The position numbers were made by a program, and so were the translations under genes. Source: an uncultured Gammaproteobacteria bacterium (GTDB lineage: Bacteria > Patescibacteriota > Patescibacteriia > UBA1558 > UBA10009). From it: a stretch of DNA of 64,000 nucleotides. Position 1 is the first letter of the stretch, and each line of letters starts with the position of its first letter. Below are positions 8,874 through 17,480 of this stretch, one piece after another. The stretch spans positions 3,411-67,410 of the forward strand of contig CAZPMS010000005.1 of assembly GCA_964588165.1 (NCBI GenBank), read 5' to 3'. The notes below the pieces were generated by a model, which saw nothing but the letters and a program-made list of their open reading frames with translations, made no database searches and had not been told where the DNA came from.

Positions 8874-10040
8874 TTAATCATATTTTAAATTTTGGGTCAA
8901 GTTAGCGTTTATTTTTTCTAAAGCCTCTAGAGGTTTTATTAAATATTTTGAGTAATTGTCTTTAGTTAAATTTTCTAATTGAATTGCCTTACTGACATTA
9001 AAATCGCCGATGGCGGTTCTTTTTAATTCTTCAAGAATTGCTCCAGTTCCAAGTTTTTGACCAATATCATATGCTAAAGTTCTAATATATGTACCTGTTG
9101 AACATTTAACCCTAAGATTGATGATTGATGATTGATGATCAAAATTTAATAACTCTAAATTATAAATTTCAATCTCACCTGGCTTTCGTTCCACTTCCTT
9201 ACCTTTACGAGCTAATTCATATAATTTCTTTCCTTGAATTTTTTTTGCCGAATACATCGGCGGTAACTGCTGTTGCTTACCTATAAAAGAATTAATGACT
9301 TCATTAATTTTTAATTTTGTTTTGTCATTTTGACTTTTAATTTTTGACTTTTGAATTTGACCAGTACGGTCATATGTATCCGAAGTCACTCCTAATCTAA
9401 CCTCTGCCTCATACTCTTTAGCTAAAACATCAAAAAGTCCAACCATTTTAGTTGCCTTGCCCACAGCACAAATTAACAGGCCAGTAGCAAACGGATCTAA
9501 AGTTCCGGTATGTCCAATCTGTTTTATTTTTAAGATTGACCGCAGTTTTGCCACCACATCATGCGAAGTCCAACCATCTTCTTTATCTATCAGCAAAAAT
9601 CCAGACTGGCTATCTTCAACAGACTTTCTAATTTTTTTACCTTTACAAACTTCTTCTTTAAATACTTCCAACCTTTCTATACTAAAAAATAGATTTGAAT
9701 TTGCACGTAATTCATTCAATTCCGCCAAATGGGATTGCTGGTCATAGCCCAAAGCAATCACTTGCGAATTTTCTTCCCTGATGATTTTATATGGATCTTT
9801 TTCATCACCCAAAACTAGTTTGTAGTGAGTAGGTTTTAGTGAGTAGCTTAATAGCTTTTTTAAATTTTCTAATCTTTGTTTTTCATTAAAAAATGGCTGT
9901 TTACCCTTGGCTTTAATCACATTCTTATCCCTAGCTATAACCACAACCAAAAAATCTCCAAATTCTTTGGCTTGTTTAATTAAATTGATATGTCCGGGAT
10001 GGATTATATCAAACGTACCTGCTATAAGAACTTTTTTCAT
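8874..10040 (-). CDS. truB: Fusion protein: N-terminal RibL/TagD-like cytidylyltransferase (FAD synthase-like) domain plus C-terminal tRNA pseudouridine(55) synthase TruB
   Basis: N-terminus AGTFDIIHPGHINLI carries the (H/T)xGH nucleotidyltransferase motif. The C-terminal half (GHTGTLDPFATGLLICAVGKATK ... CSTGTYIRTLAYDIG) is TruB. Contains an in-frame (gattgat)x3 repeat. Confidence 0.8.
   Translation of the reverse strand: MKKVLIAGTFDIIHPGHINLIKQAKEFGDFLVVVIARDKNVIKAKGKQPFFNEKQRLENLKKLLSYSLKPTHYKLVLGDEKDPYKIIREENSQVIALGYDQQSHLAELNELRANSNLFFSIERLEVFKEEVCKGKKIRKSVEDSQSGFLLIDKEDGWTSHDVVAKLRSILKIKQIGHTGTLDPFATGLLICAVGKATKMVGLFDVLAKEYEAEVRLGVTSDTYDRTGQIQKSKIKSQNDKTKLKINEVINSFIGKQQQLPPMYSAKKIQGKKLYELARKGKEVERKPGEIEIYNLELLNFDHQSSIINLRVKCSTGTYIRTLAYDIGQKLGTGAILEELKRTAIGDFNVSKAIQLENLTKDNYSKYLIKPLEALEKINANLTQNLKYD
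9116..9139. repeat. Heptamer tandem repeat (gattgat)x3.4 inside the truB domain. Encodes HQSSIIN on the minus strand.
   Basis: Seen directly. Shares a 23-nt identical string (in reverse complement) with 38896-38923. Confidence 0.8.
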
Positions 10041-10185
10041 ATTTAAAATTTTATTATTTTATTTGTCATCCCGGGCGGACCCGCCAATGCGGCGGATAGT
10101 TGAGGGATTGACAAAATAGTTATTATAAGCTAATTTTATATATTCTTTTGAACCTTTTAACCAAGGAATACAAGGAGATTTTGAC

Positions 10186-10614
10186 ATGCGCATTTTTTAC
10201 GATTTAGTGTTTCTAGTGGCAGGAATATTGATAGGAGTAATGATTATTACTCTTATAAATATCTATAGCGACCAAAACGAGCTCTGCCCACTATGCCGAA
10301 TACAAGATGTTCAAGAAGAGATGGATAGAAATGATCATTTTGATTCATTGGCCAACATTGTCCAAAACATGAACCCGGAAATAGTTGTGGACGACAGTAG
10401 TCGAACGGTTATCAGTCTGTTCAAATATATGCCTCACGGTAGCCGGACTTTAGCGATTATTTCTACTGATACAGAAGAGGGCTTTGTAATTATCTGTGAG
10501 GGAATATTACATGATACGCTAGCAGCTACTGGGCTGGGGATAGGTGATATAATGACGGAAGTTGAACACAATACGTTTTTACAAATTACCAAGTGGCTCA
10601 ATAATCAAAGATAA
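10186..10614 (+). CDS. Hypothetical membrane-anchored protein. GC-richer orphan with a strong SD.
   Basis: 142 aa with one N-terminal TM segment. AAGGAG lies 7 nt upstream of the ATG. No recognised domain. Confidence 0.45.
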   Translation: MRIFYDLVFLVAGILIGVMIITLINIYSDQNELCPLCRIQDVQEEMDRNDHFDSLANIVQNMNPEIVVDDSSRTVISLFKYMPHGSRTLAIISTDTEEGFVIICEGILHDTLAATGLGIGDIMTEVEHNTFLQITKWLNNQR

Positions 10615-10645
10615 TCTCCTCCGCCTCCTTAACTAAACCCGACTA

Positions 10646-12757
10646 CTACAGTTGGGTTTTTAATTTTTTAAGCTGTTTTATTTTATCTCTTAACTCGGCC
10701 GCTTTTTCAAATTCCAAATTTTCAGCAGCCAGCTTCATCTCATTTACTAAACCATTAACAATTCTTCTTAATTCATCTTTAGGAATAGTTTTGTAATCTT
10801 TTAATTCCTCCCTTTTTGTAGCCAGGAGTGACTTAGCAGACCTGGCTTTAATATCTTTAGGGCTAAACTTAAGGCTATCGCCTACTTCTTTTTCAATCGA
10901 CTTAGGTTTTATCTTATGTTCTTTATTAAAATCTTCTTGGATATGGCGCCTACGCTCCACTTCACCAATTGCCCGTTTCATGGAACCTGTCATCTTATCA
11001 GCATACATTATTACCCTGCCCTCTTGGTGACGAGCGGCTCGGCCCATGGTTTGGATTAACGAAGTTTCTGACCGTAGGAAACCCTCCTTATCGGCATCTA
11101 AGATTGCTACTAATGTTACTTCGGGTAAATCCAAGCCTTCTCGCAATAAATTGATGCCTACCAAAACATCAACCTTGCCCATTCTTAAATCCCTTAAAAT
11201 ATCCAAACGTTCTAAAGTATTTATTTCGGAATGAAGATAGTGGGATTTGATTTTAAGTTCTTTGAGATATTCACTAATCTCTTCAGCCAGCCTTTTAGTT
11301 AGGGTGGTTACCAAAACCCGTTGTTTGTTTTTAATAGTTTTCTTAATCTCTTCCAATAAATTATCCAGTTGATTATCAGTTGGCCTGATTTCTATAGCTG
11401 GATCCAATAAACCGGTTGGCCTGATAACTTGCTGGGTAACAGCCGATGATGGATTATGGATTATAGATTCTAAATCTTTCTTATCAACCAACTCCTTCAT
11501 CAGATTTCCGACTTTAACTTTCTTGGTCTTTACTCCGGATTGGCGATATTCATAAGCAGCCGGTGTAGCCGAAACATAAACTACTTTATTTATATGTTTG
11601 GCAAATTCAGCAAACTTTAAAGGGCGGTTATCCAGGGCCGAAGGCAGCCTAAAGCCAAAATCTATTAAAGTCTGTTTTCTGGATCTGTCACCGTTATACA
11701 TGCCGTTAATTTGCGGAACCGTCATGTGCGATTCATCAATAAACATTAAAAAATCGTCTGGGAAAAAATCCATTAAAGTTGCTGCCTGCTCTCCGGGCTT
11801 ACGGCCGGTTAAATACCTGGAATAATTTTCTATGCCATTGCAGTAGCCTACTTCTTCCATCATTTCCAAATCATAATTGGTTCGCTGCTCTATCCTTTGT
11901 GCTTCTATTAATAAATTTTTACTTTTTAAATATTCAACTCGCTCTTCCATATCTTTCCTTATTTGAACAAATGAACTTTTTAACCTTTCTTCCGGAGTTA
12001 CAAAATGCTTACCTGGAAAAATATCATACTGGATCATGGGTTTTGGATCATGGGTTATTCTTTTCCCTGTTATATAATCTACTTTTGATAAAATCTCAAT
12101 CTTATCACCATCAAATTCTATTCTGATGATTTGATTTTTCTCTTCCACCGGAAATACTTCCACTGTATCGCCTCTTACTCTAAAGTTGCCCCGATAAAAA
12201 CCTTCATCATTCCTAGTATATTGTAATTCAGTTAAGTTCCTTAAAAACTTATCTCTCTTTTTAATGTTGCCCACCTTTAATTTAATACTCATGTTTTCAT
12301 AATCAGTTGGCGATCCTAATCCATAGATGCAAGAAACCGAAGCTACAATAATAACATCTTTTCTGGTTAGCAAAGCATTGGTAGAAGCATGCCTTAAGCG
12401 CTCAATCTCTTCATTAATATCTGCTTCCTTTTCTATATAGGTGTCAGTAGAAGGCTTATAGGCTTCTGGTTGGTAATAATCGTAGTAGCTGACAAAATAA
12501 TGTACCGAGTTATTAGGGAAAAATTCCCTGAATTCTGAAGCTAGCTGGGCCGCCAAAGTTTTGTTATGGGAAATAATTAAAGTGGGTTTTTGGACTTTTT
12601 GGATAATATTAGCCATGGTAAACGTTTTACCACTTCCGGTCACGCCCAAAAGCGTCTGGTGCTTTTTGCCAGCTTCTATGCCGCGAATCAACTTCTTAAT
12701 TGCTTGAGGTTGATCACCCGTAGGTTTGAAATTAGATTTTAATTTAAAACTACCCAT
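10646..12757 (-). CDS. uvrB: Excinuclease ABC subunit B
   Basis: 703 aa with Walker A ([10 protein letters not shown]), helicase motifs and the C-terminal UvrB/UvrC interaction helix. Confidence 0.97.
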   Translation of the reverse strand: MGSFKLKSNFKPTGDQPQAIKKLIRGIEAGKKHQTLLGVTGSGKTFTMANIIQKVQKPTLIISHNKTLAAQLASEFREFFPNNSVHYFVSYYDYYQPEAYKPSTDTYIEKEADINEEIERLRHASTNALLTRKDVIIVASVSCIYGLGSPTDYENMSIKLKVGNIKKRDKFLRNLTELQYTRNDEGFYRGNFRVRGDTVEVFPVEEKNQIIRIEFDGDKIEILSKVDYITGKRITHDPKPMIQYDIFPGKHFVTPEERLKSSFVQIRKDMEERVEYLKSKNLLIEAQRIEQRTNYDLEMMEEVGYCNGIENYSRYLTGRKPGEQAATLMDFFPDDFLMFIDESHMTVPQINGMYNGDRSRKQTLIDFGFRLPSALDNRPLKFAEFAKHINKVVYVSATPAAYEYRQSGVKTKKVKVGNLMKELVDKKDLESIIHNPSSAVTQQVIRPTGLLDPAIEIRPTDNQLDNLLEEIKKTIKNKQRVLVTTLTKRLAEEISEYLKELKIKSHYLHSEINTLERLDILRDLRMGKVDVLVGINLLREGLDLPEVTLVAILDADKEGFLRSETSLIQTMGRAARHQEGRVIMYADKMTGSMKRAIGEVERRRHIQEDFNKEHKIKPKSIEKEVGDSLKFSPKDIKARSAKSLLATKREELKDYKTIPKDELRRIVNGLVNEMKLAAENLEFEKAAELRDKIKQLKKLKTQL

Positions 12758-12814
12758 ATGTTTATTTAACTGTCACCCTGAGCAAAGCCGAAGGGTTGAA
12801 TTTCATAGTTTATG

Positions 12815-12845
12815 AATAATAGCATTGACCCTATCTAATTTCAAT
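12815..12845 (-). promoter_or_regulatory. Candidate uvrB promoter (minus strand TTGAAA-17 nt-TATTAT)
   Basis: Reverse complement of 12816-12844. About 60 nt upstream of the uvrB start. Confidence 0.35.
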
Positions 12846-12860
12846 ATTAAATAACTAAAC

Positions 12861-12995
12861 ATGAATAGAGAGTCAGGGGCCTGGGGGCGGCGCTTAGCGC
12901 CAAGACAAAATAATAAAAGATAAACAGAGCTGAGAGCTAATTGGCGCCCCTAGTGGTTTTTGGTCCTTTTTGCCACCAAAAAGGACAAGTGAATT
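12861..12995. repeat. Copy B of the ~130-bp repeated element (see 3961-4090). Contains CCTTTTTG-CCAC-CAAAAAGG.
   Basis: About 75-80% identity to copy A over its length, with the palindrome arms perfectly conserved. Lies between the uvrB promoter and the 3' end of the orphan gene at 13064-13480. Confidence 0.6.
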
Positions 12996-13002
12996 GATTT
13001 TT

Positions 13003-13038
13003 AAGACCAAAAAAAGAGCGGTTGGGACTTACCGCTCT
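13003..13038 (-). terminator. Terminator for the minus-strand orphan gene (gagcggt-tgggactt-accgctc hairpin, then a T-run on the minus strand)
   Basis: 7-bp stem. On the minus strand the hairpin is followed by TTTTTTTGG. Confidence 0.5.
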
Positions 13039-13063
13039 AAGCTGGATTATGAAAATAAAAAAT

Positions 13064-13480
13064 CTATTTGTTGTCTGGTGCAAGCTTACAAATTATATCA
13101 AACTTATCTAGAATTCCTCCACCAGGACAAGCCTTATCTACTGCTTGAATAATACTAGCCAAAGAATTATATACATCTTTTACGGCCCAGTTTGGCAACT
13201 CGTGAGTACCACTTAGCCACCTGTCCTTTTTAACAGGCACCATAACCCACAAACGTGAAACAGTTCCTGATCGACCCGGAACTCTGTCCTCCGCCAGCTT
13301 TAGAGAAACCAACCTACAACTAGTTGGTGTGACATTTTTCACCTTTTGAGGAAAAACATCTCTAAAAGGAACTATACAATCGTCCAAAAAACCCATCACT
13401 CTTCGAATGGCAGCCCTTTGACGATCAAGTTCTTCAGCTCCACGAAGAAATAGCTCAACATCAACCGCGTTTGTATTCAT
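13064..13480 (-). CDS. Hypothetical protein. GC-rich orphan ORF with a strong SD (AAGGAG, 5-nt spacer), 138 aa from the internal Met.
   Basis: The track ORF is 13064-13555. The Met with RBS ggagattacaATG at 13480 is the probable start. No recognised domain. GC content is clearly above neighbouring DNA. Confidence 0.45.
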   Translation of the reverse strand: MNTNAVDVELFLRGAEELDRQRAAIRRVMGFLDDCIVPFRDVFPQKVKNVTPTSCRLVSLKLAEDRVPGRSGTVSRLWVMVPVKKDRWLSGTHELPNWAVKDVYNSLASIIQAVDKACPGGGILDKFDIICKLAPDNK

Positions 13481-13671
13481 TGTAATCTCCTTATCCCGTG
13501 TCCGGGATGTTTGGCATGTCGGCCTTGTTAATGTCCCGTATTTGCTACAATCCAACTTTTATATTTTAAACTTATATATTATTTTGTCAATTTATTTTTA
13601 AATCTAAGACAAAAAAATCTCATATAAAAAACTTCCACCTGGTGGCAGAAGCTAGCTATGATTTATAGCTA

Positions 13672-14205
13672 TTAGTTTTGCGGAATTCCATGCAGCCTTA
13701 ATTGTATTCCACCGTAATAATCCAGCAACATAATTATGGCTGACCATAGTCCAGCAACAATTACTGTGGCCCAAAAATTTACCAGGGCAATCAAAGGCAG
13801 TAAATGCCAGACATCAAAAATGCTAAGATGTTTTAATTTCTGCTTACTCACAATTATCGAAACTATTGACGGACCTAGTAAATAAATAACTCCCAAGGGG
13901 TAAAAAAAACTTACATATTTGTAACATGAATATGCTACGACTGCCCCTATAGTAATTGCATTGGCCCAAGCATCAGTGTCATAGCTACCCAATCTTCCCT
14001 CAACACAAGGCAATACATTATCATCATCGGAAGGATCATATTTTCCGTACATATTAGAAAAAACAATCCCCATAACTAACCAAGCAGGGCCAAAAAATGC
14101 CATAGCTTTGAATATGACCGACAAGTCTGGGATAGAAGTTTCACCAAAAGTCATCAAAAAAGCCATAAGCAACCACATTACTACAAAAAAGCCTGGCGAA
14201 ATCAT
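13672..14205 (-). CDS. Polytopic membrane protein, function unknown
   Basis: 177 aa with four or five predicted TM helices. No recognised motif. Confidence 0.45.
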   Translation of the reverse strand: MISPGFFVVMWLLMAFLMTFGETSIPDLSVIFKAMAFFGPAWLVMGIVFSNMYGKYDPSDDDNVLPCVEGRLGSYDTDAWANAITIGAVVAYSCYKYVSFFYPLGVIYLLGPSIVSIIVSKQKLKHLSIFDVWHLLPLIALVNFWATVIVAGLWSAIIMLLDYYGGIQLRLHGIPQN

Positions 14206-14409
14206 GACTCTTCCTTCCGTTAAACTTTTTAAATGTGCTGTGAGACTTTTACCTTATATTATAGATGCTCCACTGTCAATTGATTTTTAAGCCCAAAATT
14301 GCTACATTTATAAACATAGATAGCACGGATTAAATCACTGATTGACGCGAATCTATCCGCGGACATCAGCGAAAATCTGCGATCTAAATTAGCGTTATCC
14401 GCGATAAAT

Positions 14410-14994
14410 ATGATTTCTTATCTAAAAGGTACAGTTTTAACCAAAAAAACCAAATATTTAATTTTGTTGGTAGATAATATTGGCTACCAAATTTTTACCA
14501 ATGAAAAAACCTTAAACAGTTTAAAAGAGGATGACGAAGCTTCATTATATATACACCATCATGTTACGGAAAATTCTCAAGAACTTTATGGATTTACTGC
14601 CCTGCCTGAATTGGAATTGTTTAAAAACCTTATTTCCATTTCCGGGGTTGGCCCTAAAAGCGCCATTAATGTTTTGGCTACTTCTTCGGTAGAAGATGTT
14701 ATCCAGGCAATCCTGGCTGAAGATCCAGCCTTGTTAAAAACCGTTTCCGGTATTGGAACTAAAACCGCCGAAAGGATTGTAGTAGAACTTAAATCTAAAA
14801 TCGGTTCACTTTATAAAGAATCAACCGGTAATGAAATTTCTGCAGCTACGCCAAAAGATGTAGAAATTATAGAAGCCTTGCTTGGTTTGGGTTACAACCG
14901 TAAAGAAATAATAGATACCATTAAACAAATTCCTGCCGATATTACAGATACTTCAGAAAAAATCAAAGCAGCTCTTAAATTACTGGCAAAATAA
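14410..14994 (+). CDS. ruvA: Holliday junction DNA helicase subunit RuvA
   Basis: 194 aa. The N-terminus (MISYLKGTV), the helix-hairpin-helix pair (ISGVGPKSAINVL, VSGIGTKTAERIV) and the C-terminal domain III fit RuvA. Confidence 0.9.
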   Translation: MISYLKGTVLTKKTKYLILLVDNIGYQIFTNEKTLNSLKEDDEASLYIHHHVTENSQELYGFTALPELELFKNLISISGVGPKSAINVLATSSVEDVIQAILAEDPALLKTVSGIGTKTAERIVVELKSKIGSLYKESTGNEISAATPKDVEIIEALLGLGYNRKEIIDTIKQIPADITDTSEKIKAALKLLAK

Positions 14995-15003
14995 AATAGC
15001 CTT

Positions 15004-15120
15004 GCCACCTAATGTCATTCTGGAGCGAGTGAAACGAACGATAGAATCTCTATCTTTTTAAAACATAGACTCTATCACTTCACTGCGTTTCGTTCCAGAG
15101 TGACAATGAAAAAAGCAAGG
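15004..15120. repeat. ~115-bp imperfect palindrome between ruvA and the FemAB gene, built from two inverted copies of the motif TGTCAyTCTGGArCG...GTGAAG..ATAGArTCT
   Basis: The arms TGTCATTCTGGA / TCCAGAGTGACA and the inner near-palindromes GATAGAATCTCTATC / ATAGACTCTAT are seen directly. A third related copy lies at 40154-40190. Confidence 0.5.
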
Positions 15121-15130
15121 CTAAGTACTT

Positions 15131-16150
15131 ATGCAATTAAAAACCCTAAACCAAAACGAGCTAGACTCATTTGTGGCTGCCCAACCAAACAGCCAGCTGC
15201 TCCAATCTTATAACTGGAGCCAATTCCAAAAACTTACCGGACACCAAGCTTGGAACTTTGGTGTTTTTGAAAATGATAAGCTAATAGCTTCGGTCAGTTT
15301 AATCAGCCACCAGCTGCCTTTAAATAAAGGTTACCTTTATTGCCCACGCGGACCGGTGTTTGATGAAAGTTTAGCTGATGATAAAAAAGGGGAAGCTTTA
15401 AAAATAATTTTAGGCAAAGCCCGCGACTTAACCATTCAAACCAAACAGTCTGAAGAAATCTTTTTTAGACTAGAACCGATTTTTGAATTTACTAATTCAA
15501 AAATCGCCCCGAGCGAAGTCGAGGGGCCTAAAATTATAAAATCGACGCCCATCCAACCAAAAGATACTTTACTCTTAAACCTAGATGAACCAGTCGAAAA
15601 ACTCCTTTCAAACATGCACCAAAAAACCAGATACAACATTAAAGTTGCCCAAAAACATAATATAAAAATAAAACAGTCTGATGATTTTAATAAAGTTTGG
15701 CCAGTCTTCCAAAAAACTTCCCAGCGGGATAAATTCAGCCTTCATCCTAAAAAATATTACTTAAAAATGCTAAAAACTGTGCCGGAAATTAAACTCTTTT
15801 GCGCTTTTAAAGATAATGCTATAATAGCCGGGAATTTAGTTAGTGCCTTTGGTGACACTGTTACTTATTTACATGGAGCTTCTGACTATAATTACCGCAA
15901 TTTAATGGCTCCTAACCTACTACAATGGGAGGTAATAAAACAAGCTAAAGACCAAAGTTTTAAATACTATGATTTCCACGGTGTAGCTCCAGACGATGAT
16001 AAAAACCACCCCTGGTACGGAATAACCAGATTTAAAAAAGGCTTTGGCGGTAATGTTAAAAACTATCCCGGAACCTTTGACTTTATTTACGAATCTGGCT
16101 GGTATAAAATTTATAAAGTTTTTAGAAAGTTAAATAGACTAAGAAGATAA
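15131..16150 (+). CDS. FemAB-family aminoacyltransferase (peptidoglycan cross-bridge formation / lipid II amino acid transferase)
   Basis: 339 aa. The N-terminal region (SYNWSQFQ ... LISHQLPLNKGYLYCPRGPVFD) and its length fit the FemAB/FmhB-type fold. Confidence 0.6.
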   Translation: MQLKTLNQNELDSFVAAQPNSQLLQSYNWSQFQKLTGHQAWNFGVFENDKLIASVSLISHQLPLNKGYLYCPRGPVFDESLADDKKGEALKIILGKARDLTIQTKQSEEIFFRLEPIFEFTNSKIAPSEVEGPKIIKSTPIQPKDTLLLNLDEPVEKLLSNMHQKTRYNIKVAQKHNIKIKQSDDFNKVWPVFQKTSQRDKFSLHPKKYYLKMLKTVPEIKLFCAFKDNAIIAGNLVSAFGDTVTYLHGASDYNYRNLMAPNLLQWEVIKQAKDQSFKYYDFHGVAPDDDKNHPWYGITRFKKGFGGNVKNYPGTFDFIYESGWYKIYKVFRKLNRLRR

Positions 16151-16194
16151 TTAAATTTACTCGCTACTAGCTATGTGCTACTAGCTAAAATAAT

Positions 16195-16920
16195 ATGATT
16201 AGCAAAGTTGTAGTTTCAGCTGCCGGCAGGGGTACTAGGATGCTCCATTTAGGCAAACAAAAGCCCAAACATTTAATTGAAATTAATGGCAAGCCTTTTT
16301 TGTATTACCTGTTAAATAATTTAAAGCAGGCCGGCTTTACCGAAATCATCATGATCATCGGCTACAAAAAAGAGTTAATGGAAGATTTTTTGAATAAATT
16401 CAACGGCACTTTCAACATTACCATTATTAACCAATTTAATAAGTTAGGAAATAAATATGGCACTGCTTGCCCTATTGAATGCCTTAAAGATGTTATTAGA
16501 AGAGACGAAAGCTTTGTTTCTGTTTGCGGCGATAATTTATATTCAGTAGCCGACCTTAATAAAATGTTTATTGATGATGAATTTACTTACGTTGGCGGGT
16601 TAAAACATCCAGACCCGAACAGATACGGCGTTTTAATCAGAAACGGTGAAGACTACTTAGAAAAAATTATTGAAAAACCAACCACTTATGTAGGCAATTT
16701 AATTAATACCGGTCTCTATAAATTTACCCCTTCAGTTTTTAAACGCCTGCCTAATATTTCCAAATCCATTAGGGGTGAATATGAAATAACTGATGTTATA
16801 AATTTACTGGCTAAAGAAAAAAGAGTTAAAATAAAAGAAATCCAGGATTACTGGCTGGATTTTGGCCGGCCACAGGATGTGCAAACCATCAGCGAATTTT
16901 TAAATAATAATAACGTTTAA
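16195..16920 (+). CDS. Sugar-phosphate nucleotidyltransferase (NTP_transferase fold)
   Basis: Signature of the RmlA/GlmU-N family: VSAAGRGTRMLHLGKQKPKHLIEINGKPFLYY (GxGTRxxP...PK). Confidence 0.7.
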   Translation: MISKVVVSAAGRGTRMLHLGKQKPKHLIEINGKPFLYYLLNNLKQAGFTEIIMIIGYKKELMEDFLNKFNGTFNITIINQFNKLGNKYGTACPIECLKDVIRRDESFVSVCGDNLYSVADLNKMFIDDEFTYVGGLKHPDPNRYGVLIRNGEDYLEKIIEKPTTYVGNLINTGLYKFTPSVFKRLPNISKSIRGEYEITDVINLLAKEKRVKIKEIQDYWLDFGRPQDVQTISEFLNNNNV

Positions 16921-16938
16921 TAAAAAGTTGGGATAAAA

Positions 16939-17003
16939 TTAGGATGCTAGAATGCTAGTTTACTGACATCCTAACCTCCTGACATCCTAACCTCCTAAAT
17001 ACT
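16939..17003 (+). promoter_or_regulatory. Conserved promoter/leader module, copy 1: extended -10 (TGcTAGAAT) plus two tandem CATCCTAACCTCCT boxes ending 7 nt before the ATG
   Basis: ttAGGATGCTAGAATGCTAGTTTACT..GACATCCTAACCTCCTGACATCCTAACCTCCTaaatactATG. Near-identical modules occur at 23144-23207 and 61314-61395. Confidence 0.5.
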
Positions 17004-17360
17004 ATGAGAAAATATCAAGCCGAACATGCAAGGTTGGAGCAATATAAAAAAAGTGGTTTAAAAACCACAGAAAAAGCTGCCGATAGCATTGCTACCTGGT
17101 CTGGCTCTTGGAATTTTTTAATGCTCCATATTATTTGGTTTGCTTTGTGGCTGGCGCTCCAACTGAATGTTGGGCTACTTACTTTAATAGTATCCCTAGA
17201 AGCCATTATCTTAATGAATGTTTTATTAATGGCCCAAACCAGACAAGCTAAAAAAGATGACTTAAGAGACGAAGCCGATTACCAGGCCGATAAGCATACA
17301 GCCGATAAAATGGATGAACTAATTAGGACTATTAAAAGAATCGAAAAAAAGATTAAATGA
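17004..17360 (+). CDS. DUF1003-family membrane protein
   Basis: 118 aa. The conserved WSGSWNFLMLHIIWFALW segment and two TM helices are typical of DUF1003. Confidence 0.6.
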   Translation: MRKYQAEHARLEQYKKSGLKTTEKAADSIATWSGSWNFLMLHIIWFALWLALQLNVGLLTLIVSLEAIILMNVLLMAQTRQAKKDDLRDEADYQADKHTADKMDELIRTIKRIEKKIK

Positions 17361-17480
17361 ATCGAAAAAGTTTGCGGTTCGTAAAAAGTTAGAGCAGTCA
17401 GCGCGGTATGCGTAAATTCGCTTACATTACATACCGCACGAACCTACACGAACTTATCACTAACCACTGACATCTAAAAA

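Noticed and set aside
14290-14409. LexA/SOS box upstream of ruvA
   Set aside because: Neither a CTGT-N8-ACAG box nor a CGAAC-N4-GTTCG box is present. Only CCGCG-containing partial repeats of unknown meaning were seen.
16939-17003. Short upstream ORF (MLEC / MLKCQF) inside the conserved leader box
   Set aside because: The AGGA would directly abut the ATG with no spacer, and the peptide is not conserved in length. The TGnTAGAAT extended -10 reading explains the conservation better.
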